Shown: positions 18,737 through 28,810, counted from the stretch's first letter. The stretch is DNA of 64,000 nt from Deltaproteobacteria bacterium RIFCSPLOWO2_12_FULL_60_19 (GCA_001798595.1 MGSS01000037.1:33477-97476); one strand, 5' to 3'. The notes: a model not told the origin generated them from the sequence alone. A program made the numbers and translations.

Positions 18737-20029
18737 TCAACCTTTTGCTTCTTCGCGCGCCCACTCCTCGAAAGCAGCGACGGTCGCCTCTATGTCTGCG
18801 GCGCTGTGGCTAAGCGATAGAAACGCCGCTTCAAACTGCGACGGCGGCCAGTAGATTCCCCGATCCAGCAGGCCGTGAAAGAAGCGGGCGAAGCGGGCCG
18901 TGTCTGAGCGGCGCGCTTCCTCGACGCTGCGCACCGCCGCCGCGCCGAAAAAGAGCGTCAGCATCGACGCTCGCCGGTTCACTGCGCCCGCGATGTTGTA
19001 GCGGCGAAGAACGGTTTCAAAACCTTCCTGCAACGCCTTCCCTTTGGCTTCAAGCTCCTCATAGACGCCAGGCCGCGAGAGCTCCTCCAGCGTCGCCAGG
19101 CCGGCCGCGACGGCCAGTGGATTGCCCGAGAGCGTTCCCGCCTGATAGACCGGCCCCTCGGGCGCCAGCAAATCCATAATTGCCGCTTTGCCGCCAAAGG
19201 CGCCGAGCGGCAGGCCGCCGCCGAGGATTTTCCCCAAGCAGGTAAGGTCCGGACGAATGTTGAATAACTCCTGCGCCCCGCCGCGCGCCACGCGAAAGCC
19301 GGTGATCACCTCGTCGAAGATCAACAACCCCCCGTGGCGGGCGGTCAGATCGCTTAGCGCCGACAGAAATCCCGGCGCGGGCGGGATCACTCCCATGTTG
19401 CCGCAGATCGGCTCGACGATCGCCGCCGCGATGGAGCCGCCCCGTTCAGCAAAGAGACGCTCAAGGCCGACCGTGTCGTTGAACTCCGCGACGATCGTCT
19501 CGGCCGCAAACGACGGCGGCACACCGGCGCTGTCGGGCAATGCGAGCGTCGCCACGCCGGAGCCGGCCCGCGCCAGCAGCCCGTCGGAGTGGCCGTGGTA
19601 ACAGCCGTCGAACTTAACGATCTTGGTCCGTCCCGAGGCCGCACGCGCCAGCCGTATCGCGCTCATCGACGCTTCGGTGCCCGAGCTGACAAGCCTGAGC
19701 TTCTCGATCGACGGAAAGCGCTCGCCGACCCTTTCCGCCAACTCCACCTCCCGCGCCGTGGGGGCGCCGAAGCTCGTGCCGCCTTCCAGCGTCCGTTTGA
19801 GCGCGCCGATCACCGGCGGGGGCGCGTGCCCCAGAATTAGCGGCCCCCAGGAGCAGACATAGTCGAGGTACTCCTTCCCGTCCGCGTCATAAAGCCGTGA
19901 GCCGCCGCCGCGCTCGATGAACCGGGGCTCGCCGCCCACCGCGCGCCACGCCCGCACCGGACTGTTCACTCCGCCGGGAATTTTTTTTCGCGCCCGCTCG
20001 TACAACGCGCCGGATTTCTTCGAAGCCAT
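18737..20029 (-). CDS. hemL: Glutamate-1-semialdehyde 2,1-aminomutase
   Basis: PGGVNSPVRA, SWGPLILGH, SGTEA, DEVITGFR, GKILGGGLP, PSQFEA. Confidence 0.97.
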   Translation of the reverse strand: MASKKSGALYERARKKIPGGVNSPVRAWRAVGGEPRFIERGGGSRLYDADGKEYLDYVCSWGPLILGHAPPPVIGALKRTLEGGTSFGAPTAREVELAERVGERFPSIEKLRLVSSGTEASMSAIRLARAASGRTKIVKFDGCYHGHSDGLLARAGSGVATLALPDSAGVPPSFAAETIVAEFNDTVGLERLFAERGGSIAAAIVEPICGNMGVIPPAPGFLSALSDLTARHGGLLIFDEVITGFRVARGGAQELFNIRPDLTCLGKILGGGLPLGAFGGKAAIMDLLAPEGPVYQAGTLSGNPLAVAAGLATLEELSRPGVYEELEAKGKALQEGFETVLRRYNIAGAVNRRASMLTLFFGAAAVRSVEEARRSDTARFARFFHGLLDRGIYWPPSQFEAAFLSLSHSAADIEATVAAFEEWAREEAKG

Positions 20030-20333
20030 CGTTTTTTCCCTAACATCCGGGCTAAAATTTTGTCAAGCCGCTCGCGCTGCGAGAGTAAAAATTCTTTGTG
20101 AATTTTTTTCTTGCAATGCGGTATGAAAAGGTTTATGAAAATTTGCTCGCTGTGACAGGAACGCTTCAGCCACCGTTGATCTGCTCCTTGCTGCAAGCGC
20201 GATTCGCCACAGGTTCGCTCAAGTCTCCGGTGTCTCTGACAAGGAGTCATTGGGCCGGCAAGCTAGTCAGGCGTGCTTGTTTATACTGTTGTTAAAAATG
20301 ATACGCAAGGTGGCCGGCGCTGCTGGCTTTTTC

Positions 20334-20359
20334 GAGTTATCCACAGATGTGGATAACTC
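20334..20359. promoter_or_regulatory. Pair of perfect inverted DnaA boxes upstream of dnaA
   Basis: TTATCCACA (20337-20345) and TGTGGATAA (20348-20356). Confidence 0.9.
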
Positions 20360-20428
20360 TGTTTGTAACTCTTGGCGCTTTTCTCTCTGTAAAACAATAA
20401 GTTAGCTTGGATTTGGATGGGGCTGGTG

Positions 20429-21754
20429 ATGGACGAGCTTTGGGAAGGGGTCTTGCCGCAACTCCGGGAGCGGCTTGGAACTCAGAATTTCGAGACCTGG
20501 ATCAAGCCCATCCGTGCAAAATCGCCGGCCGCCGACGAGCTGGCGCTGGAAGTCCCGAATAAGTTTTTCCGCGACTGGCTGGCGGAACACTTTCTCGCCT
20601 CGATCCAAGAGCTTCTGGCGCAGGTCGCGCAGCGAACCGTCAAGGTTTCGCTCAGCGTCAACCAGCACCTCCCGCCGGGCGCCGCCGCGCCGAAAAGAGT
20701 CGAACGGGAGAGTATCAAGCCACAAAGAGTCAGCAACCTCATCCCGAAGTACAACTTCGAGAATTTCGTGGTCGGCGCCAGCAACCAGTTCGCTCACGCG
20801 GCGTCGCTTGCCGTAGCGAACCAGCCGGGCGACCACTACAATCCGCTCTTCATCTACGGCGGCGTCGGCCTGGGGAAGACTCATTTGATCAATGCCATCG
20901 GCCACCGGATCGTCGAGCGGGGGCCCGGTCTTAAGGTCTTTTATCTTAGCTCCGAAGCGTTCATGAACGAGCTGATCGCTTCGCTGCGCCGGGACAAGAT
21001 GGATGAATTCAGGACCCGATTCCGCAACAGCGACGTCCTGATCCTCGACGACATCCAGTTCATCGGCGGCAAGGAGCGCACCCAGGAGGAGTTTTTCCAC
21101 ACCTTCAACAGCCTCTACGAGTCGCATAAGCAGATCATTCTTACATCGGATCAATTCCCCAAGGAAATCCCCGATCTAGAAGACCGCCTGCGCAACCGGT
21201 TTGAGTGGGGACTCATCGCCGATATTCAGCCGCCCGATGTCGAGACGCGGGTCGCTATCCTGCAGAAAAAGGCTGAAATAGTGGCTGTTCCGCTGCCGCA
21301 CGATGTGGCGATCTTCCTCGCTTCCAACATCGATTCCAACGTGCGCGAACTCGAAGGTTCCTTGACGCGCCTCGGCGCCTTCGCATCGCTCACCAAAACC
21401 CCGATCACAGTGGAACTCGCCAAGGAAGTGCTGCAGAATACCCTAAAAGGCAACCAGAGAGAGGTGACGGTCGAGAGCATCCAGAAGACGATCTGCGACT
21501 ATTTCAATCTCAAGCTCGGCGATCTGAAAGCCAAAAGAAGAACCAAGAACATCGCCTTGCCGCGCCAGCTGGCGATGTACCTTTGCCGGAAATACACCTC
21601 AACCTCATTCCCGTCCATTGGAAACAAGTTCGGGGGCCGAGACCACTCCACGGTTATTCACGCCACAAAGACAATTGAGAAAAAGATCAAGGCGGATCCA
21701 CAGATGTCGGCGACGATTGAAAAGCTGGAGAAAAATCTCAGCGTCAGGAAATAG
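20429..21754 (+). CDS. dnaA: Chromosomal replication initiator DnaA
   Basis: YNPLFIYGGVGLGKTHL, DDIQF, QEEFFHTFN, GGRDHSTV; alternative ATG at 20417. Confidence 0.98.
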   Translation: MDELWEGVLPQLRERLGTQNFETWIKPIRAKSPAADELALEVPNKFFRDWLAEHFLASIQELLAQVAQRTVKVSLSVNQHLPPGAAAPKRVERESIKPQRVSNLIPKYNFENFVVGASNQFAHAASLAVANQPGDHYNPLFIYGGVGLGKTHLINAIGHRIVERGPGLKVFYLSSEAFMNELIASLRRDKMDEFRTRFRNSDVLILDDIQFIGGKERTQEEFFHTFNSLYESHKQIILTSDQFPKEIPDLEDRLRNRFEWGLIADIQPPDVETRVAILQKKAEIVAVPLPHDVAIFLASNIDSNVRELEGSLTRLGAFASLTKTPITVELAKEVLQNTLKGNQREVTVESIQKTICDYFNLKLGDLKAKRRTKNIALPRQLAMYLCRKYTSTSFPSIGNKFGGRDHSTVIHATKTIEKKIKADPQMSATIEKLEKNLSVRK

Positions 21755-21973
21755 TGGATGGAGGTGTGAGTTACTGCGGTAGATTTATGTATGATCGCGG
21801 TGTTGAAAGCGTAAACTCCCGCTACCTGTGAAGAGTGTGCATAACCATCTTGGTTTATGCACAGGGAAAGATAACTGAAAAGACGACGGAATATATGGTT
21901 GTCAACAGAATCCACAAGCCCTATTGCTACTACTCAGTATTTTAACTAGAAGGTAGATACAGAAGAGGGGTGT
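21755..21973. other. Chromosomal origin oriC unwinding region (DnaA boxes + DnaA-trios)
   Basis: TGTGCATAA 21836-21844, TTATGCACA 21855-21863, tandem TTGTCAACA/GAATCCACA 21899-21916, AGCCC, then TAT-TGC-TAC-TAC trios and an AT-rich tract. Confidence 0.85.
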
Positions 21974-23080
21974 ATGGAGTTTAGAGCCAAGCGGGATGAG
22001 TTTCTTGCCGCGCTGTATTGGACGCAGGGGATCGTGGAGCGGCGCAACACGATGCCGATACTGTCCAACGTCTTGTTGGAGTGTCGCAGCGGAGGGATCT
22101 ATGTGACGGCGACGGATCTCGAAGTCGGGTTTAGGGGAAAAGTGGAAGGGGAGATGGTGGGCGAAGGGACAGCGACGGCGAACGCAAAGAAGTTGTACGA
22201 GATTGTGCGTGAAGCTCCGGCGGACACCCTTCAACTTAAGCGGCTGGAAAACGAGTGGGTGGAAGTGAAAAGCGGGAAGTCCGTGTTTAAGATCGTCGGT
22301 TTGGAGGCGCGGGAGTTTCCGCAATTTCCTGAATTTGGCGGCGAGAAGCTCGCGAGTATCCCAGCGACGGTCGTGCGCGAGATGGTGGAGAGAACGATCT
22401 TTGCGGTGTCCACCGATGAGACGCGTTATAATCTGAACGGCGTCTTCATCGAGGAGTTGCGCGATGGCAAGGCGCGGATGGTGGCGACAGATGGCCACCG
22501 GTTGGCCATGATCGAGAAATCCGTAGGCGCTCTGGGGTTGAGTAAGGGGGTTATTCTACCGCGCAAGGGGTTGGGAGAGTTAAGGCGGCTGGTCGAGGGG
22601 GCGGAAGACGGTTTAGTTTCTCTCGGATTTAAAGAAAATATGGCGCTTGTCACGAAAGATAACATGGAGCTTTTTATGCGCTTGATCGAGGGAGATTTTC
22701 CGGATTACACGAAGGTTATTCCGAAGGAAAATCCGTACGTCGCCAAGATCGACCAGGATGAATTTCTGCACGCTCTCAGACGTGTGTCGATCCTATCGAG
22801 CGAGCGCTACAAGGGGATTAAAATCGACTTTAAATCTGGCAAAGTATTGGTTTCTGCAAGTAATCCGGATTTAGGCGAGGCGGTCGAAGAGATCGAGGTT
22901 GAGTACGATGGCAAGGCGTTGTCCGTCGGGTTCAACGCGCGTTATCTGCTAGACGTGTTAGCCGTGCTCGGCGCCGGCGGCGAGGTCGATGTCCTGCTGA
23001 AAGATGAGGTCAGCCCGAGCATCGTCCGCAAGGGCGGCGATGAGGAATATCTCTACGTCGTCATGCCGATGCGACTATAA
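21974..23080 (+). CDS. dnaN: DNA polymerase III beta sliding clamp
   Basis: RNTMPILSNVL, ATDLE, ATDGHRL, RLIEGDFPDY, YVVMPMRL. Confidence 0.97.
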   Translation: MEFRAKRDEFLAALYWTQGIVERRNTMPILSNVLLECRSGGIYVTATDLEVGFRGKVEGEMVGEGTATANAKKLYEIVREAPADTLQLKRLENEWVEVKSGKSVFKIVGLEAREFPQFPEFGGEKLASIPATVVREMVERTIFAVSTDETRYNLNGVFIEELRDGKARMVATDGHRLAMIEKSVGALGLSKGVILPRKGLGELRRLVEGAEDGLVSLGFKENMALVTKDNMELFMRLIEGDFPDYTKVIPKENPYVAKIDQDEFLHALRRVSILSSERYKGIKIDFKSGKVLVSASNPDLGEAVEEIEVEYDGKALSVGFNARYLLDVLAVLGAGGEVDVLLKDEVSPSIVRKGGDEEYLYVVMPMRL

Positions 23081-23168
23081 CCGGCAGGGTCCTTTCGCAT
23101 CATAACGTCCGTAAAATATTGTTACCACTCTTCCGTCACTCCCTGGCGGGGTTTATTCCTCTCTGTTG

Positions 23169-24053
23169 CTATTCCCGTGTGCCGATAATGACGCCGGCGA
23201 TAATCACGACTCCACCTACAAGTTGGTAGGGATAGATCGTCTCGCCGAGAAAAATCACCGCCAGCAACACCGCGAACAGAGGAAGCAGATTGTAAGCGAG
23301 GCTCGCCCGGCTCGGCCCGAACGTCCGGATGGATCGGTTCCACAGCAAAAAAGAGAGGAACGAAGGGAATATCCCGAGATAAAGAAAAGCGAGCAAGACA
23401 TCCATCCGCCAGATGTCGGCGGGTCTCAATTGCAGCTCGACAAGTGCCGCGGGCACCAAGAAACACGCGCCGATGACGGTGGTGATCGAGGTCAGCGCGA
23501 GCGGCGAGAGAACCTGCATCATCGGTTTGGCCATCACCATGTAAAATCCCCACAGTCCGGTGGCGAAAAAGACGATGATATCCCCCGGGTTGAAATTAAA
23601 CTGCCAGAGGGCATCGCGCGATCCTTTGCTGAGGATCCACGCCACGCCCGCAAGGGAGATCAATACCCCAGAAAGACGGCGCGCCGTCAGCTTCTCGCCG
23701 ATCAGCAGCCACGCGAGCAGCGCCGTTGTCACGGGCGTGGTCGAGTTCACCAGCGTCGCGTTGGTCGCGCTGGTATATCCAAGCCCGATGTAGAGGACCG
23801 CATTGAAGGCAAAGACGCCGGTGATGCTCATGAGGACAAGCGAAACGAGCGCGCGTCGCGGCGGCCATTCTTTGCGGTAGAGCAAGAGCGGCAGCAGGAT
23901 CAAGGCGGAGACGACGAAGCGGCCGGCGTTCAGCGTCCAGGGCGGGACCGTGCCGACCAACGCCTTGCCGACGATAAAGTTGCTGCTCCAAAAAAGCGGC
24001 GGCAGAACCAGGAACAGGTAGGCGGCGGCGGAAGGGTGGTTGGGTTTCTCCAC
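23169..24053 (-). CDS. DMT/EamA family transporter
   Basis: About 10 TM helices, FWSSNF, internal duplication, LGET. Confidence 0.9.
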   Translation of the reverse strand: MEKPNHPSAAAYLFLVLPPLFWSSNFIVGKALVGTVPPWTLNAGRFVVSALILLPLLLYRKEWPPRRALVSLVLMSITGVFAFNAVLYIGLGYTSATNATLVNSTTPVTTALLAWLLIGEKLTARRLSGVLISLAGVAWILSKGSRDALWQFNFNPGDIIVFFATGLWGFYMVMAKPMMQVLSPLALTSITTVIGACFLVPAALVELQLRPADIWRMDVLLAFLYLGIFPSFLSFLLWNRSIRTFGPSRASLAYNLLPLFAVLLAVIFLGETIYPYQLVGGVVIIAGVIIGTRE

Positions 24054-24089
24054 TAGGCTGTCACAATCGGGTTGCGCTGCTTCGATAAA

Positions 24090-25052
24090 CTACCCCACGG
24101 TAATTTTTGCGAAGAGATCGTCCACGGCCATCTTGCCGCCGATCATGCCCTGCTCGTAGGAGTATTGCATGAGGGTTTTGAGATTCTTGCGGTTGGCCTC
24201 GCCCAAACCGTAAATCCAAGGGTCCTGGCCGAGGATATCCTCCTGCTCTTCGAGAGTATGGCGAAACCAGGCGAGCGGCACGCGCCTCGGGTTCTCCATC
24301 CGCTTGTAAGCCGCCTGCTTCGCCTTCTCAAACGCCTGGAAAAGACTCGTCGGCACCCATGGGTAGCGCTCGACGATGTCGAGCTTGATTGCCGTCGTGT
24401 GCATGATGGGGAAGATGCCGGTTCGTTGGTAATATTCGATTTCCAGCTCCTTGTATTTCGGAAACAGCCGCGCGACTCTGGGGTCGCGGTCCAGAATCGG
24501 CTGGATTAGCTCCGGATGGATCAGCGCGTCGAGCTCCCCCTCCGCCACCATGCGCTCAACGCTCTTCCCGGAGGGAATCATTTGCAGCGAGAGTTCGCGC
24601 GGCAACGTGAGCTCGATCTCCTCCTCGTCCTGCTTGTGCCACTCGATCTTTCGGTGGGGCACCTGGAACTCGTGTTCGAGGATGCCCCGCACCCAGAGAT
24701 TGCTGGTGGCGGAGTAGTTGCGCAGCCCTACCTTGCGGCCGATCAGGTCCGTCGGCTTGCGGATGGCTTTGTTGACATTGACGAAGACAAAGCCGTGGCG
24801 GAATCGTCGGTGGAGAAAGACCGGAATCGCGACGAAGGGGAGGCTGCGATACTTTGCGGCAAGGTAGTTGGACATGGAAAGCTCGGCGACGTCGAACTCG
24901 CGCCCGCGGATCATGCGCCAGTGGCGGATGTCCGAGGTCATGTCGGTCAGGACCGTCAGCTCGATGCCGTCGGGCTTGACGCTGCCTTCGATCAGCGGCC
25001 TGACGATTTCATAGTCGCCGCATGCCAGGGTCAGGTGCAGGTCTTTCGACAT
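24090..25052 (-). CDS. 4,5-dihydroxyphthalate-decarboxylase-like protein (SBP fold, no signal peptide)
   Basis: LTLACGDYE, EFDVAELS, PVFLHRRFRH, GIFPIMH, DPWIYG. Confidence 0.75.
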   Translation of the reverse strand: MSKDLHLTLACGDYEIVRPLIEGSVKPDGIELTVLTDMTSDIRHWRMIRGREFDVAELSMSNYLAAKYRSLPFVAIPVFLHRRFRHGFVFVNVNKAIRKPTDLIGRKVGLRNYSATSNLWVRGILEHEFQVPHRKIEWHKQDEEEIELTLPRELSLQMIPSGKSVERMVAEGELDALIHPELIQPILDRDPRVARLFPKYKELEIEYYQRTGIFPIMHTTAIKLDIVERYPWVPTSLFQAFEKAKQAAYKRMENPRRVPLAWFRHTLEEQEDILGQDPWIYGLGEANRKNLKTLMQYSYEQGMIGGKMAVDDLFAKITVG

Positions 25053-25158
25053 GCGGTCTATCTACCACGCCGCCGTGAATTTTTCCAAGTTGCGCCGGAG
25101 CCTTCCTTTTTGGCGCGGAAAAATGTAGATTGCGCTCATCGGTCGGAAGGAGAAAGCC

Positions 25159-26142
25159 ATGAGACTACGCCTCGCTTACTCAGCCGCAACCCTGGCGCTT
25201 TGTCTGTTTGCCCCGCCGTCGTGGGGGCAGACGAAGGTCAGGCTCAACTGGACCGCCGTCACCGGGGCGCAGAGCGGCGCCTACGTCGCGCAGGAGGAAG
25301 GGCTGTTTAAGAAGCATGGGATCGACATGGAGCTGATCCACATTGCCTCCAGCTCGCGCGGCATCCAGGCGATTCTGGCGGGCGAGATCGGCTTCTCCTA
25401 CATGGATGGCAACAACGCGATCCAGGCCAATCTCAAGGGCGCCGGCTTAGCCCTGGTGGCCGGCGCGACCAACCGTATGGTCTTCTCGCTTATGGCGCGG
25501 CCCGAGATCAAAAAGATCGCCGATCTTCGCGGGAAAAAGATCGGCATCACCCGCGTCGGCTCGTCGACGCATACATCAGCTCTCTATGCGCTGGGCCAAG
25601 CGGGCCTTAAACCCAACGACTACCAGATTCTTCCGCTGCTCGAAGTTCCTAACATCTTCACCGCCCTTGTTGCCGGGCAGATTGACGCGGGGGTTGTCTC
25701 CCCTCCGACCAATAGCCGGGCGCGCAAGGCGGGCTTGAACGAGCTTATGAATATCGCCAAGGAGGGGCCGGAGTATGTCTCGGTGGCGATCGGCACGACG
25801 CGGGCGTATATCAAGGCGAACGAAGACACCGTGCGGCGGGTTGTGCGGGCCTATGCAGAAGGAGTCCACCTGTTCAGGACCAACAAGCAGGTCGGGGTCA
25901 GGGTGCTGGGGAAATACACCAAGGTGAAGGAGCAGGATATTTTAGAAGACGCCTACAACCAGTTCCAGGATTATCTCCACACACCCCCATACGTGAGCCG
26001 GAAGGGCGTCGAGGCGATTCTCGCCGAGCTGGGCGAGAAAGAGCCGGCGGCGCGCCAAATCAAGGCGGACGATATCCTCGACATGCGCTTTGTGGGCGAG
26101 CTTGAAAAGGAAGGCTTCTTTAAAAAGCTGGGAGGAAAGTAA
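25159..26142 (+). CDS. ABC transporter substrate-binding protein (NMT1/SsuA/THI5-like)
   Basis: Signal peptide, GLFKKHGID, DLRGKKIGITRVGSS. Confidence 0.88.
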   Translation: MRLRLAYSAATLALCLFAPPSWGQTKVRLNWTAVTGAQSGAYVAQEEGLFKKHGIDMELIHIASSSRGIQAILAGEIGFSYMDGNNAIQANLKGAGLALVAGATNRMVFSLMARPEIKKIADLRGKKIGITRVGSSTHTSALYALGQAGLKPNDYQILPLLEVPNIFTALVAGQIDAGVVSPPTNSRARKAGLNELMNIAKEGPEYVSVAIGTTRAYIKANEDTVRRVVRAYAEGVHLFRTNKQVGVRVLGKYTKVKEQDILEDAYNQFQDYLHTPPYVSRKGVEAILAELGEKEPAARQIKADDILDMRFVGELEKEGFFKKLGGK

Positions 26143-26151
26143 AGCAGAGCG

Positions 26152-26356
26152 CTCGCTGGCTCGAACGGGTTAGAGTCCGAAGGCGCGAACCCTTCCGGTC
26201 GACGGCCGATCCTCGCTTCGCTCGAAATCTCAGATCGCAAATTTCAGATCTCAGAATTGCAATTTGAGATATGTGATTTGAGATCCCGAAGGGCAAGCCG
26301 TCGCCCTTCACGGTTCACGCCTTCGGACACGCGTCTGCCGTGATCCAGCCAGCGGG
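26152..26356 (-). repeat. Nested hairpin: outer arms, family-A-type arms (26175-26328), family-C cargo (26210-26294)
   Basis: GTCCGAAGGCGCGAACC/GGTTCACGCCTTCGGAC inverted arms; CCCTTCCGGTCGACGGC and GCCGTCGCCC shared with 44100-44163. Confidence 0.8.
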
Positions 26357-26371
26357 AGTAACGAACCCAGG

Positions 26372-27076
26372 CTAACTTCTCTTTCGCGCTTGTCTCGCCC
26401 GCCTGACAAAGTAGTCCCACATCGAGCCCAGCCGGTGGGGAGTGTAGATCTGCTCGAATTTGACCGGCGACTCTTCGTCGCTGGTCCACGACGGATCGCC
26501 GGAGGCCGTTGCCAGCAGGTGGATGCGGCAGGCCTTCTCCAAAAAAACCGCATAGAGCGTCGCCACTTCGATCGACTCTCCGACGACGGTCGAGCCGTGA
26601 TTTTTCATCAGCACGCCGCGACACTTGGCCAGCGACTTGGCCACCCCGACGCCGAGTTCAGGCGTGCGGATGAGCGCGGTCGTGGCGTCGAAGGTCGGCA
26701 GCCCTTCGTAGAAAATATTCCCCTCGTGGCTGATCGGCCTTAGCTTCTGGCCGAGCGCGCCGAAAACCGTCGCGTAGGGCGGATGGGAGTGCACCACACA
26801 GTTGACATCGGGACGCGCCTTCATGATTTCGGTGTGGATGAAGACCTCGGAGTGGCGTTCGTATTTGCCATCGATCTTCTTGCCGGTCGCGATGTCGACG
26901 ACGATGATGTGCTGCGGTCGGATCTCCTCGAAGCCGAAGCTGTGCGGCTTCATCAGGATCTTGTTCTGTCCGGGAATGCGCACGGAGACGTGGCCGAGGA
27001 TGTTGTCCCAGTGGCCCTCGTTGGCGAGGATGTTGCAGGAGTATGCCAAATTCTCTTTGAGTTCTTTGAGGCTCAT
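26372..27076 (-). CDS. Class II aldolase/adducin family protein
   Basis: GHVSVR, HSEVFIH, VVHSHPP, MKNHG; AGGAGA RBS. Confidence 0.92.
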   Translation of the reverse strand: MSLKELKENLAYSCNILANEGHWDNILGHVSVRIPGQNKILMKPHSFGFEEIRPQHIIVVDIATGKKIDGKYERHSEVFIHTEIMKARPDVNCVVHSHPPYATVFGALGQKLRPISHEGNIFYEGLPTFDATTALIRTPELGVGVAKSLAKCRGVLMKNHGSTVVGESIEVATLYAVFLEKACRIHLLATASGDPSWTSDEESPVKFEQIYTPHRLGSMWDYFVRRARQARKRS

Positions 27077-27167
27077 GTTGTCTCCTTCCCGAGTAGTCGA
27101 TGATGAAAGATTTTTTTCTGTATCATGGTTCGATAAGATTTTCCAAAGGTGTCCACCCATCGTTACT

Positions 27168-27244
27168 GTAGGGGCGCAATTCATTGCGCGCAGGCTAATC
27201 CCATTGGGCGTTTCCGGAGAGGGCGCGATAAATCGCGCCCCTAC
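27168..27244. repeat. GTAG-type REP doublet (REPIN-like)
   Basis: GTAGGGGCGCAATTCATTGCGCGC ... GGGCGCGATAAATCGCGCCCCTAC. Confidence 0.85.
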
Positions 27245-27265
27245 GCCAGGTGAAATGGTGCGCGC

Positions 27266-28807
27266 TTATCTGCCGCCGCGTAGCTTAAATCGCTGTATTT
27301 TCCCCGTGACGGTCTTGGGCAGCTCGTCGACGAAATCGACCCATCTCGGATATTTAAACGGCGCGAGCCTGCTTTTGACCAGCGATTGCAGTTCGTCCTT
27401 CAGTTGATCGCTCGCCTTGTACTCGCTCTTGAGCAGGACGTAGGCCTTGGGCTTCAGCAGGCCGTCGTGATCGGGCTGTCCGACCACCGCCGCTTCCAGG
27501 ACGGCGGCGTGCTCCATCAACGTATTTTCGATCTCGATCGGCGAAACCCATAGACCCCCGACCTTGAGCATGTCGTCTGAGCGGCCGCAGTACCAGTAGT
27601 AACCCTCTTCGTCGCGATAATAGGTGTCCCCGGTCTTGAGCCACTCCCCCAGCATCGTCCGTTTGGTCTGCTCGTGCTTGTTCCAGTAGTAGGGGGCGGT
27701 GGCGTCGCCCTTGACGAGCAAGTTTCCGACCTGGCCGGTCGGCACCTCGCGCCCCTCTTCGTCGACGATCTTCGCCTCAAAAGCCGGCGTGACTTCGCCG
27801 CTGCTCCCTGCTTTCGCCCGGCCCGGCCGGTTGGCGAGAAAGTCGTGCGTCGCTTCGGTCGAGCCTACGACGTCGAGCAGCTCCAGCCCGTACTTCTCCT
27901 TCCACTGGTGAAACAGCGCCGGTGGCAGCGGCTCGCCGGAGGAGAGGCAGATCCTGAGCGAGCTCAGATCGTAATTTCGCTCGACGCGCAGCAGCCGGGC
28001 GTAAAGCGTCGGCACGGAAAAGAAAAAGGTCGGGTGGTATTTATCGATCACGCGGAGAATCTTTTCCGGGTCGGGACGCTCGGGCCAGAGGACGGTGGCC
28101 GCGCCGAAGCGAAACGGAAAATAGAGCGAGTTGCCCAGACCGTAGGAGAAAAAGAGCTTGGAAGCGGAGAAACAGAGATCGTTTTCGTTCATCCCGAGCA
28201 CCGGCTTCGCGAAGAGATCGGTGATCGTGATCATGTCGTGCTGCAAGTGGACCGCCCCTTTGGGCGAGCCGGTGCTGCCGGAGGTGTAGGCCCACCAGGA
28301 GACATCGTCCTTGGCCGTCGGCTCCGCCTCGAGCCGAGTCGAGGCCTTGGAGCTGAACAGGTCGAAGGAGACCGCACGCCCTGTTGGCTTGCCCACCACC
28401 AGCACGGCTTTGAGCTGTCGGGGCTGGTTCCAGATCGGCTCGAATTCAGGCAGGACCGACTCGTGGATGACGGCGACTTTGGCGCGGCTGTCCTGGAGCA
28501 GATACTCATAGTCCTTCGACTTCATCCACGGATTGGTCGGTATCGGCACGGCGCCGATTTTGATCGCGCCGAAGAAGCTGAAGGCGAATTCGGGAGAGTC
28601 GGGCAGGGCCAGCAGAACGCGCTGCTCGATATCGACGCCCAGCTCTTTCAGCGCGTTGCCGGTCTGATTGACCTTTTCGTAGACGTCCTGGTAGGTGAAT
28701 TTCTGGTCGTTGTAGTAGATGGCGACCCGTTTGCCGCGACCTTGGGCGACGTTCTCGTCCACGAAGGTGGTCGCCGCGTTGTAGATGTCGGGAAGGTCGA
28801 GCTTCAT
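27266..28807 (-). CDS. Benzoate-CoA ligase family protein
   Basis: YNAA, YTSGSTGSPKG, KLFFSYGLGNSL, GSTE, GRSDDMLKVGG, LPKTVTGKIQRF. Confidence 0.9.
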   Translation of the reverse strand: MKLDLPDIYNAATTFVDENVAQGRGKRVAIYYNDQKFTYQDVYEKVNQTGNALKELGVDIEQRVLLALPDSPEFAFSFFGAIKIGAVPIPTNPWMKSKDYEYLLQDSRAKVAVIHESVLPEFEPIWNQPRQLKAVLVVGKPTGRAVSFDLFSSKASTRLEAEPTAKDDVSWWAYTSGSTGSPKGAVHLQHDMITITDLFAKPVLGMNENDLCFSASKLFFSYGLGNSLYFPFRFGAATVLWPERPDPEKILRVIDKYHPTFFFSVPTLYARLLRVERNYDLSSLRICLSSGEPLPPALFHQWKEKYGLELLDVVGSTEATHDFLANRPGRAKAGSSGEVTPAFEAKIVDEEGREVPTGQVGNLLVKGDATAPYYWNKHEQTKRTMLGEWLKTGDTYYRDEEGYYWYCGRSDDMLKVGGLWVSPIEIENTLMEHAAVLEAAVVGQPDHDGLLKPKAYVLLKSEYKASDQLKDELQSLVKSRLAPFKYPRWVDFVDELPKTVTGKIQRFKLRGGR

Positions 28808-28810
28808 CCG

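Noticed and set aside
20030-20416. rpmH or another small gene divergent from dnaA
   Set aside because: No MKRT(F/Y)QP-like peptide found; region looks like promoter/origin DNA.
26221-26284. AGATCTC/AGATTTG periodic sequence as a CRISPR array
   Set aside because: Heptamer units without unique spacers; no cas genes; part of hairpin module C.
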